Translations under genes and position numbers: made by a program
Shown here: piece after piece, positions 1-13,634 of the stretch
Position numbering within the stretch: the first letter of the stretch is position 1
Layout: every line of letters begins with the position of its first letter
Origin: Haliotis rufescens
Taxonomy: Eukaryota
DNA length: 64,000 nucleotides
Direction: 5' to 3'
Assembly (NCBI RefSeq): GCF_023055435.1
Contig: NW_025963924.1
Span: 8,184,001-8,248,000 of the forward strand
The notes under the pieces: model-generated
Seen by the model: the letters and a program-made list of their open reading frames with translations, nothing else
What the model was told of the DNA's origin: nothing
Databases searched by the model: none

Positions 1-239
1 ACTGTAGCTAACTTGGACATGTAATTAAGTTTTAATGTCAACAAGACAACCATTTTACAACGAACTGCCAGCATTCTGACTACAAACTTTGGGCTCAAAA
101 CCAACAATTAAATCCTAATAAACTGAACAAAATATCATGTCATCTAAAGAAGAAACATACATTTCCGAGAAGACGTTTTCAGATAAAATATACATTTCAA
201 TTGAATTTAGAAGCGTCTTAACAAGTTCAAAGTTTTAAA

Positions 240-1575
240 AAAATTGCTTAATGGAGCATTTTATAAATGACAAATTACTCCGGTTTTTTTACCACCAATA
301 TATTTCTCACAATTGTAAGATGTGATTATTTTTACATTTCACTGAACATCATCGGCCATTGAAGCAGACGCTTATTTGTTTGCCCCATGACGCCATCTTC
401 ACATCTCAGCAGTGTGTCTCTTCTTCGCTCAACTCAATACTGAGAAAGAATTAGAGCAACGTCAGACAGGATAAACCATACTGGTAATGGTTTGACAGAC
501 AAATAACGAACCATTTCGTATTTTTCGTTATTCTGTCATACAGCTGAATGATGAACTATGAAATATAGTCGTTATCTGTCTATCAGACAGCTCTTGTGAG
601 TGACGAATTACTTTTTCCAACATACATATGGCATTTTCACCAATTTTGTGAGAAGATTTGTGTATAAACTTCTGGTCAACTTTTAAAAAGGTTTATTCTA
701 AATGCAAGTGCAAATTACCCAGTGTACGTGGGCCGAAGCAAAATTAATAAACATGTCAATTATCAAGTTCATCGTAACCATTACCAGAACACATGTATGA
801 TAACAATATATTTTCTTCCGAGTGCCCCTATCCATTTACAGTTACAAATAGAGACAGTACTAGTTTAGGTTTCTGTATGGGACTTCACACTTCGTCGAAT
901 CAGACATGTCTTCACTATAATGCCTTTGACGCCCAATGGAACCTTTTTCGGCAGATAATCGGGACTGGATAATACCCGGCCATTTTATGGTAGCGATTGA
1001 CCAGGGAAATACATCAGTTAGCTTGATGGTGTTACTCATTGGATGAGCACTTTAACTTTTAAATATTGCTACCGCAAAACCGACTTTATAGTGAAATGTT
1101 CCATGAACAAAGTTATCAGCGTCTGTGGTATATTCCTTGAAGGGATAAACAGCCTCCCATTTCATTTCATGTCGCCCCAAAATACGATAGAGGGGATGAT
1201 GAAAATGTGTTATTCCTGTTTGACCTTTAACATGCCTGAATAGGATATACGGTGTGTCTGAAGTACCGTCTAAGCTGTGCAAGAAGAAAGACGGACTTCT
1301 TTACACCAACGTTCGCGAACATCGTATATCGTACGCAACAGTACTTAGAGAAGCTCTATGACGCTCTAGTCAATATAGATTGGTGGCTTCAAGAATGGAT
1401 TCAATGTCCATTAACTTCTTTACATCCTGAGACTGACACTTGATTTTACTAAAGTAATGGACTGAATAACATTTAGGTCCATTTCGGTAATATAACGTTT
1501 TTTATTATTAAAGGCATGACATTGATCGCATCTGTCAGGAATTGTCCCCGCATTTCGATAAAAGGGTTCCGATTA
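240..1575 (-). pseudogene. Decayed coding block C of unknown protein (paralogues ~9400-10760 and ~26420-27705)
   Basis: Manual translation gives protein-like text, e.g. MDIDSILVASKEMCIDDSITELRVVLLRTMYDVRKRWCK in unit 3 and DYLPKKVPLGVKGIIVKTC in unit 1. Several stops in one copy are sense codons in the others. Frameshifts remain. Confidence 0.4.
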
Positions 1576-3193
1576 TGATATGATGAATGATAGAAGTAAA
1601 GATAGAACTAATGATATGATGAATAATAGAAGTAATGATAGAACTAATGATATGATGAATGAAAGAAGTAATGATATGATGAATGATAGAAGTAATGATA
1701 GAACCAATCATATGATGAATGATAGAACTAAAGATATGATGAATGATAGAACTAATGGTATGATGAATGATAGAACTAGTGATATGATAAATGATAGAAG
1801 TATTGATAGAAGTAATGATATGATGAATGATAGAAGTAATGATAGAACTAATGATATGATGAATGATAGAACTAATGATGGATGAATGATAGAAGTAATG
1901 ATAGAACAAATGATATGATGAATGATAGAAGTTATGATAGAACTAATGATATGATGAATGATAGAACTAAAGATATGATGAATGATAGAACTAATGGTAT
2001 GATGAATGATAGAACTGGTGATATGATAAATGATAGAAGTATTGATAGAAGTAATGATATGATGAATGATAGAAGTAATGATAGAACTAATGATATGATG
2101 AATGATAGAACTAATGATGGATGAATGATAGAAGTAATGATAGAACTAATGATATGATGAATGATAGAAGTTATGATAGAACTAATGATATGATGAATGA
2201 TAGAAGTAATGATATGACAAATGAAAGAACTAATGATAGAAGTAATGATATGATAAATAATAGAAGTAATGATAGAAGTAATGATAGCAGTAATGATAGC
2301 AGTAATGATAGAAGTAATGATAGAAGTAATGATATAATGAATGGTAGAAGTAATGATACAACTAATGATATGATGAATGATAGACGTAATAATATAACTA
2401 ATTATATGGTGAATGATAGAAGTAATGATAGAACAAATGATATGATGAATGATGGAAGTAATGATAGAACTAATGATATGATGAATGATAGAACTAATGA
2501 TAGAACTAATGATATGATGAATGATAGAACTAATGATATGATGAATGATGGAAGTAATGATAGAACTAATGATATAATGAATGATAGAAGTAATGATAGA
2601 ACTAATGATATGATGAATGATAGAAATAATGATAGAACTAATGATATGATGAATAAAAGAACTGATGATATGATGAATGATAGAAGTAATGATAGAAGTA
2701 ATGATATGATAAATAATAGAAGTAATGATAGAAGTAATGATAGCAGTAATGATAGCAGTAATGATAGAAGTAATGATAGAAGTAATTATATGATGAATGG
2801 TAGAAGTCATGATACAACTAATGATATGATGAATGATAGACGTAATAATATAACTAATTATATGGTGAATGATAGAAGTAATGATAGAACAAATGGTATG
2901 ATGAATGATGGAAGTAATGATAGAACTAATGCTATTATGAATGATAGAAGTAATGATAGAACTAATGATATGATGAATGATAGAACTAATGATAGAACTA
3001 ATGATATGATGAATGATGGAAGTAATGATAGAACTAATGATATGATGAATGATAGAAGTAATGATAGAACTAATGATATGATGAATAAAAGAACTGATGA
3101 TATGATGAATGATAGAAGTAATGATAGAAGTAATGATATGATGAATGATAGAAGTAATGATAGAGCTAATGTTATGATGAATGATAGAAGTAA
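1576..3193. repeat. 12-bp-unit minisatellite (ATGATAGAAGTA / ATGATAGAACTA / ATGATATGATGA) with higher-order duplications
   Basis: Directly visible. Variant markers recur at 239-bp spacing (atgatggatg, ~1876/2115) and 456-bp spacing (agacgtaat, 2382/2838). Confidence 0.97.
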
Positions 3194-3744
3194 ATATACG
3201 ATTTTAGATAAGGATGTATAAATATGTAATTTATATATATAAATCAAAGCGCCCACGCTTGAGAACAACCAATCTCCTAAACAGACTCCATCGGGGGAAA
3301 TTGGCAAAATAGCGGCGAACCACATGAATGGATAACCGAAAACAAGTGATAAAAACCTATAAACAAACCAGGCAATCAAGTGTTCGATGTACCAGAAAAT
3401 CCAGTGGTACAAAGTGGTACAGATGTCCATCTTAGGAGCAAGTAATATTAAAACCTAGGAACCTAGGAACTTGTCAATTATTATATTCCTGTCCCCGCAT
3501 ATGATGCCCCTGTCACAATGACATACAACCCATGAAACATCAGTCAGTCATATTTGACAAACCAATTAAGAGACAAGTTAACAGTTGTTTGAAGTACATG
3601 TATTATGGGTGATTGAATGAGTGTGGTTTTATGCTGCTTTTAGCATGTCCCAGGAATATCACGGCGGAAGACACCAGCAATTGGCTTAAATGATTGTACC
3701 CATGCGGGGCATATACTGCATTACGAAGGGACAAATATTAAACA

Positions 3745-4260
3745 GTTTTGCTATTTACTGTTTACATTGGCTGACGTTCGTTTTGATTAATTGTGTCGTT
3801 TACTGTTGAGCAGTCAACAACCATTTAGCGTTAATTGATTTGTACGCTATTCGTCAGCATTAATAAAGTATTAATTTATACAAACAGCAGTGAGCACATG
3901 GTTTGGAAATCACTCTTGCCTTGGCGTTGGGTCTAGCGAACTAGCAATGGCTACGTGACAGACCGAAAAGATTGAAGGAATCGCCTCATCGTGCCATTGA
4001 TTGGTGGATTTATACGTCAAACTATAACGTAATCATTCATAACAATTCTTTGTTCACGCATAAGCAAGACGAATTTCGTTTGAGGCACTCTTCAGTTGGA
4101 TGACTTCTTAACAAAGAAAACGAAAAGGATTTTTTTTGATCAGGTGAACTGCCTTGTGTTCAGTGACCAAATTGATGGCCGATGCAATTCCTTAATTGAC
4201 ATATACCACATGTGCCAATGTTTGTTCAGGGCAACACTTGACTTGTCTTTTCATGAGTTT
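3745..4260 (-). pseudogene. Decayed coding block B of unknown protein (paralogues ~15140-15645 and ~29890-30280)
   Basis: The frame RQVKCCPEQTLAHVVYVN...EVIQLKSASNEIRL corresponds to ORF 30070..30279 (KQVKCCPQHTRGHLVHVNQG...DVIQLKKHSSEMRL). Confidence 0.35.
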
Positions 4261-5199
4261 GTTAACACTAATTACAGGATGACATTAAAATCTAATGATA
4301 GTATAATAGTATAATAAAGTATCATATTGCGGAGACATATTCATGCCACTATTCAAATCCTTTAGTAAGAGGAGATGAAGTTTTAATAACAATTTTCAAT
4401 TTTGAGAGATTATGAGATCGTATTCATGACAAGGTTGAAATTAAAACTGTTGAGTTCCACAATGACCTATCAAATACAAACTGATTACATTTTGTCATTG
4501 CTATGTAATGGTAATGTATATATTTTCATAAGGTTTCAGCTTCATTTTTCCAGTGGATTCTGAGAAGCTGTTTACGATGCAAGACGCACAATGCACAACG
4601 TACGCCAGGCCATTACGAACAGGCCATTACAGAAAAGGTTTTATTCTCATTGGACAAAAGACCAAATATATTAAATATAATTTATAGCAAGGCAAGACAA
4701 ATGATAAGTCGATTAAGTTATGATTCACCAAGTAACAAAAAAATGTAAATGTGGTCAACCATGTGACTCAATTCAACTTGAATTATGAAGTGGAGATCGT
4801 ACTGAGTTGTTGACAACTTTGAATGATGTAGCTGGAAACAAACTTCCGTTAGATATCAATTTGTGTGGGGCACTGCATACCTCTCGGTGACTACAACAAT
4901 TTTTCTTTAGGCAATGCCGTTCATATCTTTAATTTTCCTACAAATAGACGTGATGGGTTTTTTCCAGAACCTACATATTTCTGCTTGGGACACGGATGGC
5001 AGACTCGTCTTGGGCACGCCAGAAACCAATGATCGTGGGTTCGAATCCCCGTTCGCCCGATGGTGTTTTTAACTTTTCAGGACCATGATCATAATAATCA
5101 AAATCATGTTAATGACCAAAGACGTTAATACCTAAATAGTACTTTTAAGCAAACTGAGGCAGTGTTAAACACCAACTGTACATCCTGTCTTGTCAGAAG

Positions 5200-6100
5200 C
5201 TACTCCTGTTTCCAACTATACAATGTAAGCTATACAACCTTCCGCTCGTCTGAAGAAGACTATTTGATAGTTATTTCTGCGAGGAACGTGGCTATAATCA
5301 ACGAAAACCCTTTGCAGACAAAATCAACCAGCAAGAAGTCTATTCATTTGTAGTTTCCCTTATTGGAGAGTATTTTTGTCCCCACGTTATCTGTTGGTAA
5401 CTCGATAACAACAGCGTTGTCTGTCGTCGCAGTGGTAGGCTATGTTCCAGTGTGGGAGGCAGTTAGTTTCATTAAGGCTCGCTCTTGTAGTATATTGATG
5501 TACGAATGCTTGTGCCAAACCTGGTTTGCTACGTTTATTTCTTGGTAAAGTGGCGACGTTATTTCATTCCTGCCATGTAATGGTTCTCTTTGGGAGGAAG
5601 TGAGTGTTTGGGTTAGCCTTTGTATGTTTTTCTGTGCTGTAACAAACGTTGAAATCTCCACATGTCTGGTATTAACTCTAGATTGTTTTGTAGGGGTGTC
5701 TGAGCATAAACTGAGAATATTTTGTGCAGTGCCACAAAAGTGCTTAATTCATGTAAATGCCATGTCGCTAAAATAGATATAATCCAATACAGAATGCATG
5801 GGAAATCCTCTAGCGGTACTGGTATTATATAGATACATATTTATTCGTATATATCAGGCTTCTTTGCTCACAAAACATCACGTTTATTGGCAATAGTGCG
5901 TGTAATGTGATACGTGCACAGGAATATATATTGCTTCTAATGGTAACTCCTTATTCTTTTTACTCTGTCCATACATATCGTTATAGATATTCATTGATTT
6001 ACCTTAATACATGGTCAATACAAGCCGTTTGACAAGCCTCATCCTGAAAGGTTTGCGATATCTAGATCTCTGAGCTATGAATCACCAGATAAGGGATTCA
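5200..6100 (-). pseudogene. Decayed coding block A of unknown protein, unit 1 copy
   Basis: ORF 5440..5661 is homologous in frame to 21596..21907 and 39166..39435 (TSSxxExLxGxNEI..P..xEINxANxVW). Confidence 0.45.
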
Positions 6101-6266
6101 ATTGCAACTAACTAAATATTACTAAGCAGATGAATCTAATGTGGTCTTTTTATAGCATTGCTTGTTCCTGTGTTTGCTACAAGTAGTCACCTGAAGCCAC
6201 CCTTTGCCCTGTTTGAAGCCAGAAGAAGCTGCTCCAATCAACCATGATTCAAATGCTGAGAGAAAG

Positions 6267-6431
6267 TGAGTGAGTGAGTATGGTTTTACGCCTCTTTAAG
6301 CAATATTCAAGCAATATCACGTCGGGGGACACCAGAAATGGGCTTCACACATTGTGCCCATGTCGGGAATCGCACCCGGGTCTTCGGCGTGACGAACTAA
6401 CGCTTTAGCCACAAGGCTACCCGACCGCCCC
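6267..6431 (-). mobile_element. tRNA-derived SINE, family A (tRNA-Asp-like head, ACTC tail)
   Basis: On the - strand: A box, cgtcacg anticodon-like arm and B-box-like gg(t/g)cgattccc. 12-bp TSD gctgagagaaag at 6255-6266 and 6432-6443. Confidence 0.9.
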
Positions 6432-6954
6432 GCTGAGAGAAAGGATCTGTATGAACATGTGTATATTTGATTTGGCGATCTCAGCTATTTCAGCTATTTC
6501 AGTACTGTCCGCGACCAACGTTGTTTTTTTTACCTCTGTAACCTGTGTGCCGTACACTGGACGACGTACCACCACTGTGTGTGTGGTTGAGGAGACGACG
6601 GGCATGTAAGATGAACGTTCATCTGTACAACTAGGAGACGTCGATAGTTCCTCTAATAGTTACAGGCTGCTGTTATATATCTGGAATATTGCTGAGGAAG
6701 ACGTTAAACAACAAACAAAGTTAAATAACTATACACAATGTTCATTACATTCTATATCAGCAAAATTTGTATTCAATAAATCTAAATCAAGCAATAATAC
6801 TTATCGATCCTTTAACTAAATGAACAACATAAGTGTATACAACGTTCATTCCACTTCGTAAACCAATGGGAGGGTAGGAAAACACATACACAGAGAGCGT
6901 ATCTACAAACACAATCAGGAGCATGAACTACTGCAGAACTCCTTTGATCTGAGA

Positions 6955-7237
6955 GTGAGTGAGTGAGTGAGTTGGGTTTAATGCCGCTTTTAACATTATT
7001 CCAGTTATATCACGGCGTGTCAGCTTAATGTGGGAGGAAAGCCCGAAGTGATGCAGGTCTCAGACGTTTACCACTTCGGTGAAACCCATGAGCACGGGTA
7101 TGGTGCTGACAAACCTAGAAACATAATTGGGGCGAACCGGGATTCGAACCCACAATCATAGGTTTCTGGCGTGCCCAAGGGGCTCAACTCTGCACAGCGA
7201 ATCGCGGCGCCTTAGACGACTGGGCCACCCGTGCCCC
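6955..7237 (-). mobile_element. tRNA-derived SINE, family C (~285 bp)
   Basis: A box tggcccagtcgtctaagg, B box ggttcgaatccc, (ACTC)n tail. 14-bp TSD cctttgatctgaga at 6941-6954 and 7238-7251. Confidence 0.9.
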
Positions 7238-7675
7238 CCTTTGATCTGAGAAATTAAACTAAAGCAACCTTAGGGCTGTATTCATGGAAAACAAATTAAG
7301 CAAAAAACAGCTTAGTTTATATGTGTAGATGGAAGACTAGACTAACATGTAGTCTCTGAAATCTTATATTACACAATATCCTTCTTGACTCTAAAAATAA
7401 AAAAAATTCCCTATGCTGAGCTAGCTTGAGCTGGCTAGACTTGCTTTTGTATGCATTTCTAGATTATTATTTTTTCATAAAATAAATATATTCCACGGTC
7501 ATGGTGCAGGACTAATGGAAGACTTGCATTCTAAAGATAAGAAGAAGCATTCATGAAAACACCTTAAAGCTGAAGATTAACCTGTTCCACGTTTCAAACG
7601 ACTTTGGGTAAAAGGCAGACAAGGATCATATTGTTCGAAACGATAAAGTTGTCTTCATATTATGTTAGTTATGAT

Positions 7676-7941
7676 TGTCCCGTGAGCTATTGGCATAGTG
7701 AAGAACATCGGCCCGGAGAGCGGAAATTGGTGGTTCACTCCCCGGTCGCGTCATACCAAAAGGCGTTAAAAGATGGCACTAGTTGTTACCCTGCCTGACG
7801 CTGGGCATTAAGGTGCTAAAACAAGGACTGATTGGCTCTGAGTCAGTATAATGTGGGGTATTCATATTAAACTGCAGTATGGTATCTCAGCGTGCTAGCA
7901 CTATAAAATCGGCATTAGTACAAGCAGACACACACACACAT

Positions 7942-7975
<34 letters not shown>
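7676..7975 (+). mobile_element. SINE family D, old copy ending in (CA)n
   Basis: The tRNA-like head and core gtcataccaaaa...gatggcactagttgttaccctgcctgacgctgggcattaagg are homologous to the copies at 24409 and 53337. Confidence 0.75.
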
Positions 7976-10904
7976 CCCTTTTTTATCCTTCATGATATTT
8001 GCTCTTAGACTTCATTATTAAATTATTATAGTCTCATTTTTTTAAATGATATTTAGCAAATTGAAAACATACTCGACATGTTGCAGTTGTCGCATTCTTC
8101 AATCAATTAAACGCAACCTAATACTAAGAACCAAAGTGAAATCTGTGTTTTTATGATTTCCGTGAATGCAACGTTGGACTTTCCTTGACGTTTGTAGACG
8201 TTTGTGACAACTCCCCCACATATCTCACTGACAGCATGTGCTGATTTTTGATAACAATGAACTCTTTCCGATCAGTATGATATCATAGTCAGCTATGGCG
8301 AGTCAGGACTTCAATATATAGCTATGCAGTGCCGTCCACAGTAGCACTACGACAGTCTCTATATGTTAAACTCTATAGTTATGATAGTCGTTGCGCTTCG
8401 AATGTTTGTGGATAGCGTTGCACAGTCACCACTTAGTAACCAAAGTCATGTATGGATACAAATACGACAATATAATCACAGTAGAAACACTGTGTTAAAT
8501 ATTCCAATCAGACCTTGTCTCCTAAGCTGGTGTCAACCATGATTTAGAACGTTTAAAATTTCACATTTATGTGACTTTGGTTGTCCATATTACAACGCAA
8601 TTTGCGTCTTAGTACCACATGACGAAAGTTTATATCACCAGTACGTTAATGAAGCAGATGAAATTACGTGTACTTATGTGGGACAATATTATAAATTTGA
8701 AATGAAGCTTCATCGACAAAGTGGTGATGTAAAGGATAACTTTTTATCACTATACATCGTCTTTATTGGTCCCAGGAGGCGGATAACATCTATTTGAAAA
8801 GTAATCATTTTCGTTTGCTTAAACCTACTGTAGTTAACTAATATTTCAAAGCTACGGTGTACACGTCGCGTATCATTGGTAGTTAATGAAATTGTGTACG
8901 AAAACGACTATTCTCGATGGTAGAAATTATCACATTTTCTTGTGGAGTATTTGCACATTGAACATCGTTCAAGATCAGACAAGCCCAATGTTCAGTAACG
9001 TAATATTTCTTTTTGAAGATTCGTAATGAAGCCTGACATATACATAATACACTCAAATTGATTAAAAGTGACATTTTTGGTCCTGCCAATGCACCGCAGC
9101 ACTAAGTTTTATCTAAGTTCCATTTGCATTTCGCATTTATGAGTCTCAGTTCGAGGTATTGGTAGGTTATAAATAAAGCAAGTCAGAAGAATTGAAGAAA
9201 ATACAAAATGGCGGTTCGTTTACATTAACAATGTCCAAGTAGTGACATATCAACACTCTTTAGTGCTACGCAGGTTCCAGCAATTTCAACTAAAATATGT
9301 AATCTAAAGAAGAATCATACATTTCGGAGAAAAAGTTTACAGAGCAAATGTACATCTTAAGAGAATTAAGAAGCATTGTCTATACAAGTTCAAAATTCAA
9401 AATATTGTTTGATGAACCATTTGATAAATGACAAGTTACTTCATTTTTTTACCAGCAACATAATTCTCTCCATAGTAAGATGTGATTATTTTTACATTTC
9501 AATGAAAGTCATCGGCCGAACGGAAGCAGAAACTTATCATTTTTGTTTTTCCTATAGAGTCATCTTCGCATCTCAGCAGTGTGTCCTTTCTTCATTCTAT
9601 TCGATATTGTGAAAGATTGTTCTTAGTGCAAATCGGAGCAGCGTCAGAGAGTATAAACCATACGTGTCGTGGTATGAGAGACGAATAACGAACAATTTCG
9701 TTTTCGTTATTCTTTCGCACACCTGAGTGATGAACAATGAACTGTAGTCGTTATCCGATTTTCAAATAGCATTGGTGAGTGTCGAAATACTCTTTCCAAC
9801 ATACATTTTCACCAATACCGTGAGAAAAAGTCTTGTGTACAAACCTTTTGATCGAGTTTTTTTCTAAATGCATGTACAAATTACCAAGTGTACGTGGACC
9901 GAAACTACCTTACATAAACCTGCCAACCCAAGTTAAACCCAACAATTACCAAAATACATGCATGATAACGATATATTTTCTGTCGAGTGCCCCCATCCAT
10001 TTCCAGTTACAAATAGAGACAGTTTAGGATCTATATGGTACTTCACACTTCGTCGCATCAGACATGTCTCCACTATAATGCCTTTCACTCCCAATGGATT
10101 CTTTTTCGGCAGATAATCGAGACTGATTATTCACTGGCGTTGACGTTTTTTTGGAACGATCGACAAGGGAAATACAGTTAGTTTCACGGTGTTAGTCATT
10201 GGATGAGCACTTTAACGTCTAAATACTGCTACCGGAATAACGAATATAACATATAGACTATACAGTGAGATCTTCTATAAAACAATATATCGTCAGGGGG
10301 AAGGATCGATGAAGAGATAAACAGCCTCCCATTTCATGTCATGTAGCCATAAAAATACTACAGAGGGGATGATGAAAATGTGTTATTCCTGTTTGACCTT
10401 TAACATTGCTGAATACGATATTAAGTTTGTCTTTCGTACCCTCTGAGCTGTGCAAGTAGAACGACGAATTTCTTTACACCAACGTCAAAGAACATCGTAC
10501 GTTGTACGTTGGAGTATTAAAAGAAGCTCTGTGATGCTGTCGTCAATATTAATTGCTTTGCTGGCTGCAAGAATGAACTCGATGTCCATTATTAACTTTT
10601 CTACATCCGAAGACTGACATATGATTTTATTATAGTAATAGACAGTATAACATTTAGGTCCATTTTGCTAATATAACGTTCTTTATAATAAAAGGCTTAA
10701 AATCTATCTCATCTGTAAGGAAATATCCCTGCATTTCGATAAGATGGTTCCGATACCTTGAAGAATTAATGATATGATTAATGCTAGCTATAGAATTAAT
10801 GCCATTGGTATTATTAATTCTAGAATTAATGGAATTATTAATTCTAATATTAATGACATTATTAATTCTAAAATTAATGATACGATTAAAGATAAGGATA
10901 TATA

Positions 10905-11949
10905 AATATACAGCTGGAATACGGCAGTTATTGTACCATTCTTTAAGGAGGTGATTCTAAAGACCCCAACAACTATAGAGGAATATCTCTTCACAGCACA
11001 TTTAGTAAATTTCATACATCTATACTCATTAACATATTGACATTCTGGGCTGATTCTTATGAAAAGATTCTTAAGTCACAAGATGCTTTTAGGCAAGGGT
11101 ATAGGACTATTGGTAACATGTTCATCGTCCAAGCTATTTATTTAGAAAGGAAGGTAAGCTTCATGCAATATTCGTTGATATCAGAAAGGCTCCTGATATT
11201 GTTGATAGATCCAAGCTATGGTTTGTTCTGAAATATAGAGGCGTTTCGCCGAAAATGCTTAATGCTCTCACATCCATCTATAAGTGTGTAAAAGGCCGAG
11301 TACGCGAATACAATAACCTATCACAAGATTTTGATTGTCCATTGGGTGTAAGACAAAGACGTGCCCACTTTAGTTTCCTTGTTTATAAATTATTAATCAG
11401 TTAGCTTTAGAAACCGAATCGAACTGTGAACATGGGATACAAATGCATCCGGATATTAAACAACTATTTTTATTATTACTTGCAGCTTCTCGCAGATTCT
11501 GTATATGGTTTACAAAAACGTTTTAACTTTTTGGAATGTTTCTGTGAAAGTCACCAGTTATCAGTGAGCTGAGAAAAAAACGAAAATTGCTGTTTTTAAA
11601 AATGGTGGTATGCTATTCAGACATAAAAAATGGTATTTGTATGGCACGCAGCTTGAAATTGTTCCATTCTATAAAGGTGTTGTTTTTGCAAGATCCTTAT
11701 CATGGTCTCAACACGTTGGTAATGCTGCTGTACAAGCGAACAAGATTCTTTGTGGTGTATTCAAATCCTTGTATATAATTAAGCCGTACCCATATGATCT
11801 ATGTTTTAAAATGTTTGATACCAAAGTTTGTCCCATTTTACTTTATGGTTCAGAAATATGGGGACTGGATATTCACTAAGGAATCGAAACAATACTCATG
11901 GTTGCTTGTAAAAGCGTCCAATATGTTCAAACATCGTCCTCAAACCATG
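10905..11949 (+). mobile_element. Degraded non-LTR retrotransposon ORF2 (RT domain; L2/CR1-group or RTE-X-like), 5' part
   Basis: Motifs recoverable across frames: IVPFFK, DPNNYRGISL, SQDAFRQG, CPLGVRQ, PILLYGSEIWG. Multiple frameshifts. Confidence 0.85.
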
Positions 11950-11951
11950 TA

Positions 11952-13336
11952 TACTGAACCGCAAAAGAAACCTCACCCCAAGTAACATTGCATGAAAAGT
12001 TGTCATTTAAATATCTGGGTAACTTTTGTCAAAGTTTCTAAAATTTCACAATACCTTGTCCGGAAAAATGAAATTTGATGATGAAAAAACAAAGCAGATG
12101 ACAATAACACCTATCGCCCAAACGCATCACGGCAACGGCCATGGTAACCCGATGCACGTGAGTTCCGTGCAATTGAAATGCACCTGCGTTCCCCCATTTC
12201 TTGCCCTATAAAAGTCAACCGAGATCGGATAAAATTCATTCGTTATTGAATTGCTACCACATGCCAAGATTGACAAGAAATCAGCGACACCAAGCCCTTG
12301 GACGATTGCAAGCTGGACAAACCGCCCGGCAAGAAGCCAATGCATTTCAAGTCCACGTAAGGACAATATACAGGCTCCAGCAAAGGTACCAGATCACAAA
12401 CACTACAAATGACCGACCACGTAATGGAAGATCAAGGGTCACCAACCGACGTCAGGATCGTCAGATTGTGCATCTTCAAGATCGCTTTGTTACTGCTGCG
12501 GAAACTGCTCGACAGACCATGGGGACACACCAGCGACACATTATTGCGAACACCGTGCGTCTACGATTCACGAGCAGACACGTCCACTGTGACAGGCCAG
12601 ACCGAGGACCCATTGAGACACCGCGTCATCGCCGGGACCGTCTTCAGTGGGAAACACAGCACCAGCATTGGCGCCACCAGCAGTGGAGAAGAGTCCTCTT
12701 CTCAGATGAGAGCCGTCACTGTATCTTAACAGCAGATGGCAAAGAAAGAGAGTCTGGCGACGCCGTGCTTGTGTTGTTGAGGGAGACTCGTGGGGTGGTC
12801 CGTGCATCATGGTGTGGGATGACATTGGTCTTGCACAGAGGGTCGGCCCTATGGTCTTCCAGAACATCGGTCCAGGGAAAGGCAATGGTGTCACAGCAGC
12901 TCGGTACATTGATCAAATCTTGAGGACACACGCCATACCTCATTTGGCACGTCGCCGCAACCATGAGTTTCAGCATCATAACGCCCGTGCCCACATTTCG
13001 AGAGCAACAAGAGACTTCCCCAAGCAAAATGGCATCAGAACCATGCAGTGGCATGCCCTCAGTCCCGAATTAAATCCCATTGAGCAGCTGTGGGACGAGT
13101 TTCAAAGACGGCTGAGTGCCGTCCGACCTAGGCCGACAACTGCAGCTGAACTGCGTCAGGCGTTCCTCAGAGTGTGGGCTCAAGTGCCTATGGCCTTCAT
13201 CAACCGCCTCATCCATTCCATGTATCGACGTTGCATGGCAGTTATCAATGTACGTGGCGGACACACGATATACTGTTTGGATAAATAAGATTTCTCATAT
13301 ATCTATCCATGGTGACGTTTCTTTTGCGGTTCAGTA
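11952..13336 (+). mobile_element. Tc1-family DNA transposon, near full length, with TA target duplication
   Basis: TIRs tactgaaccgcaaaagaaacctcacc (11952) and ggtgacgtttcttttgcggttcagta (ends 13336). TA at 11950-51 and 13337-38. Confidence 0.95.
12261..13288 (+). pseudogene. Tc1 DD34E transposase, frameshifted
   Basis: HTH region and RNGRSR motif, FSDES, a frameshift at ~12750-12800, FQHHNARAH (second catalytic D changed to H) and SPELNPIE. 34 residues lie between the D position and E. Confidence 0.92.
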
Positions 13337-13338
13337 TA

Positions 13339-13625
13339 GTTAGGGGTGAATGTGGACGATTTCCTGTGTAGATATTGACATATGAACGGCAGTTAAATAC
13401 TGGTGTAAAATACTAAATATGCCTGACACCTGATATTAGAAGAAATGTTACAACTTATCAGTTTTAGATTGTGTGAATGGAAAGACTAACTGGGCTATAG
13501 ATCTTTTTTTTCAGGTTTGGCTTTGGATATGTCTGGCAACAAGAACGTGTATATAATGTATCTAGTTTTATATAGACTGATATCATCCTACGAGCAAGAT
13601 CGGCATGAAGCACTTTTTTCCAGTT
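13339..13625 (+). mobile_element. Continuation of the LINE after the Tc1 insertion
   Basis: Resumes with VRGECGRFP (GELGRxP-type motif) and VKYWCKILNMP, typical of the C-terminal region of such ORF2s. Confidence 0.75.
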
Positions 13626-13634
13626 CTAAATTGG

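Larger units (their letters stand above)
1..9290. repeat. Tandem segmental duplication, unit 1 (~9.2 kb, left end outside window)
   Basis: Colinear anchors shared with later units: gtaagatgtgattatt (~314/9474/26474); ggctacgtgac (~3949/15340/29968/35008); atgtctggtattaac (~5662/21943/30941); cccagg.ggcggataacat (~8771/25694). Confidence 0.9.

Noticed and set aside
1535-3430. Long ORFs (NDRS/NDMM; IIHH; LLSFII) resembling low-complexity shell or membrane proteins
   Set aside because: By-products of a 12-bp repeat, open on both strands, frameshifted at ~1881 and ~2120, and absent from the paralogous units.
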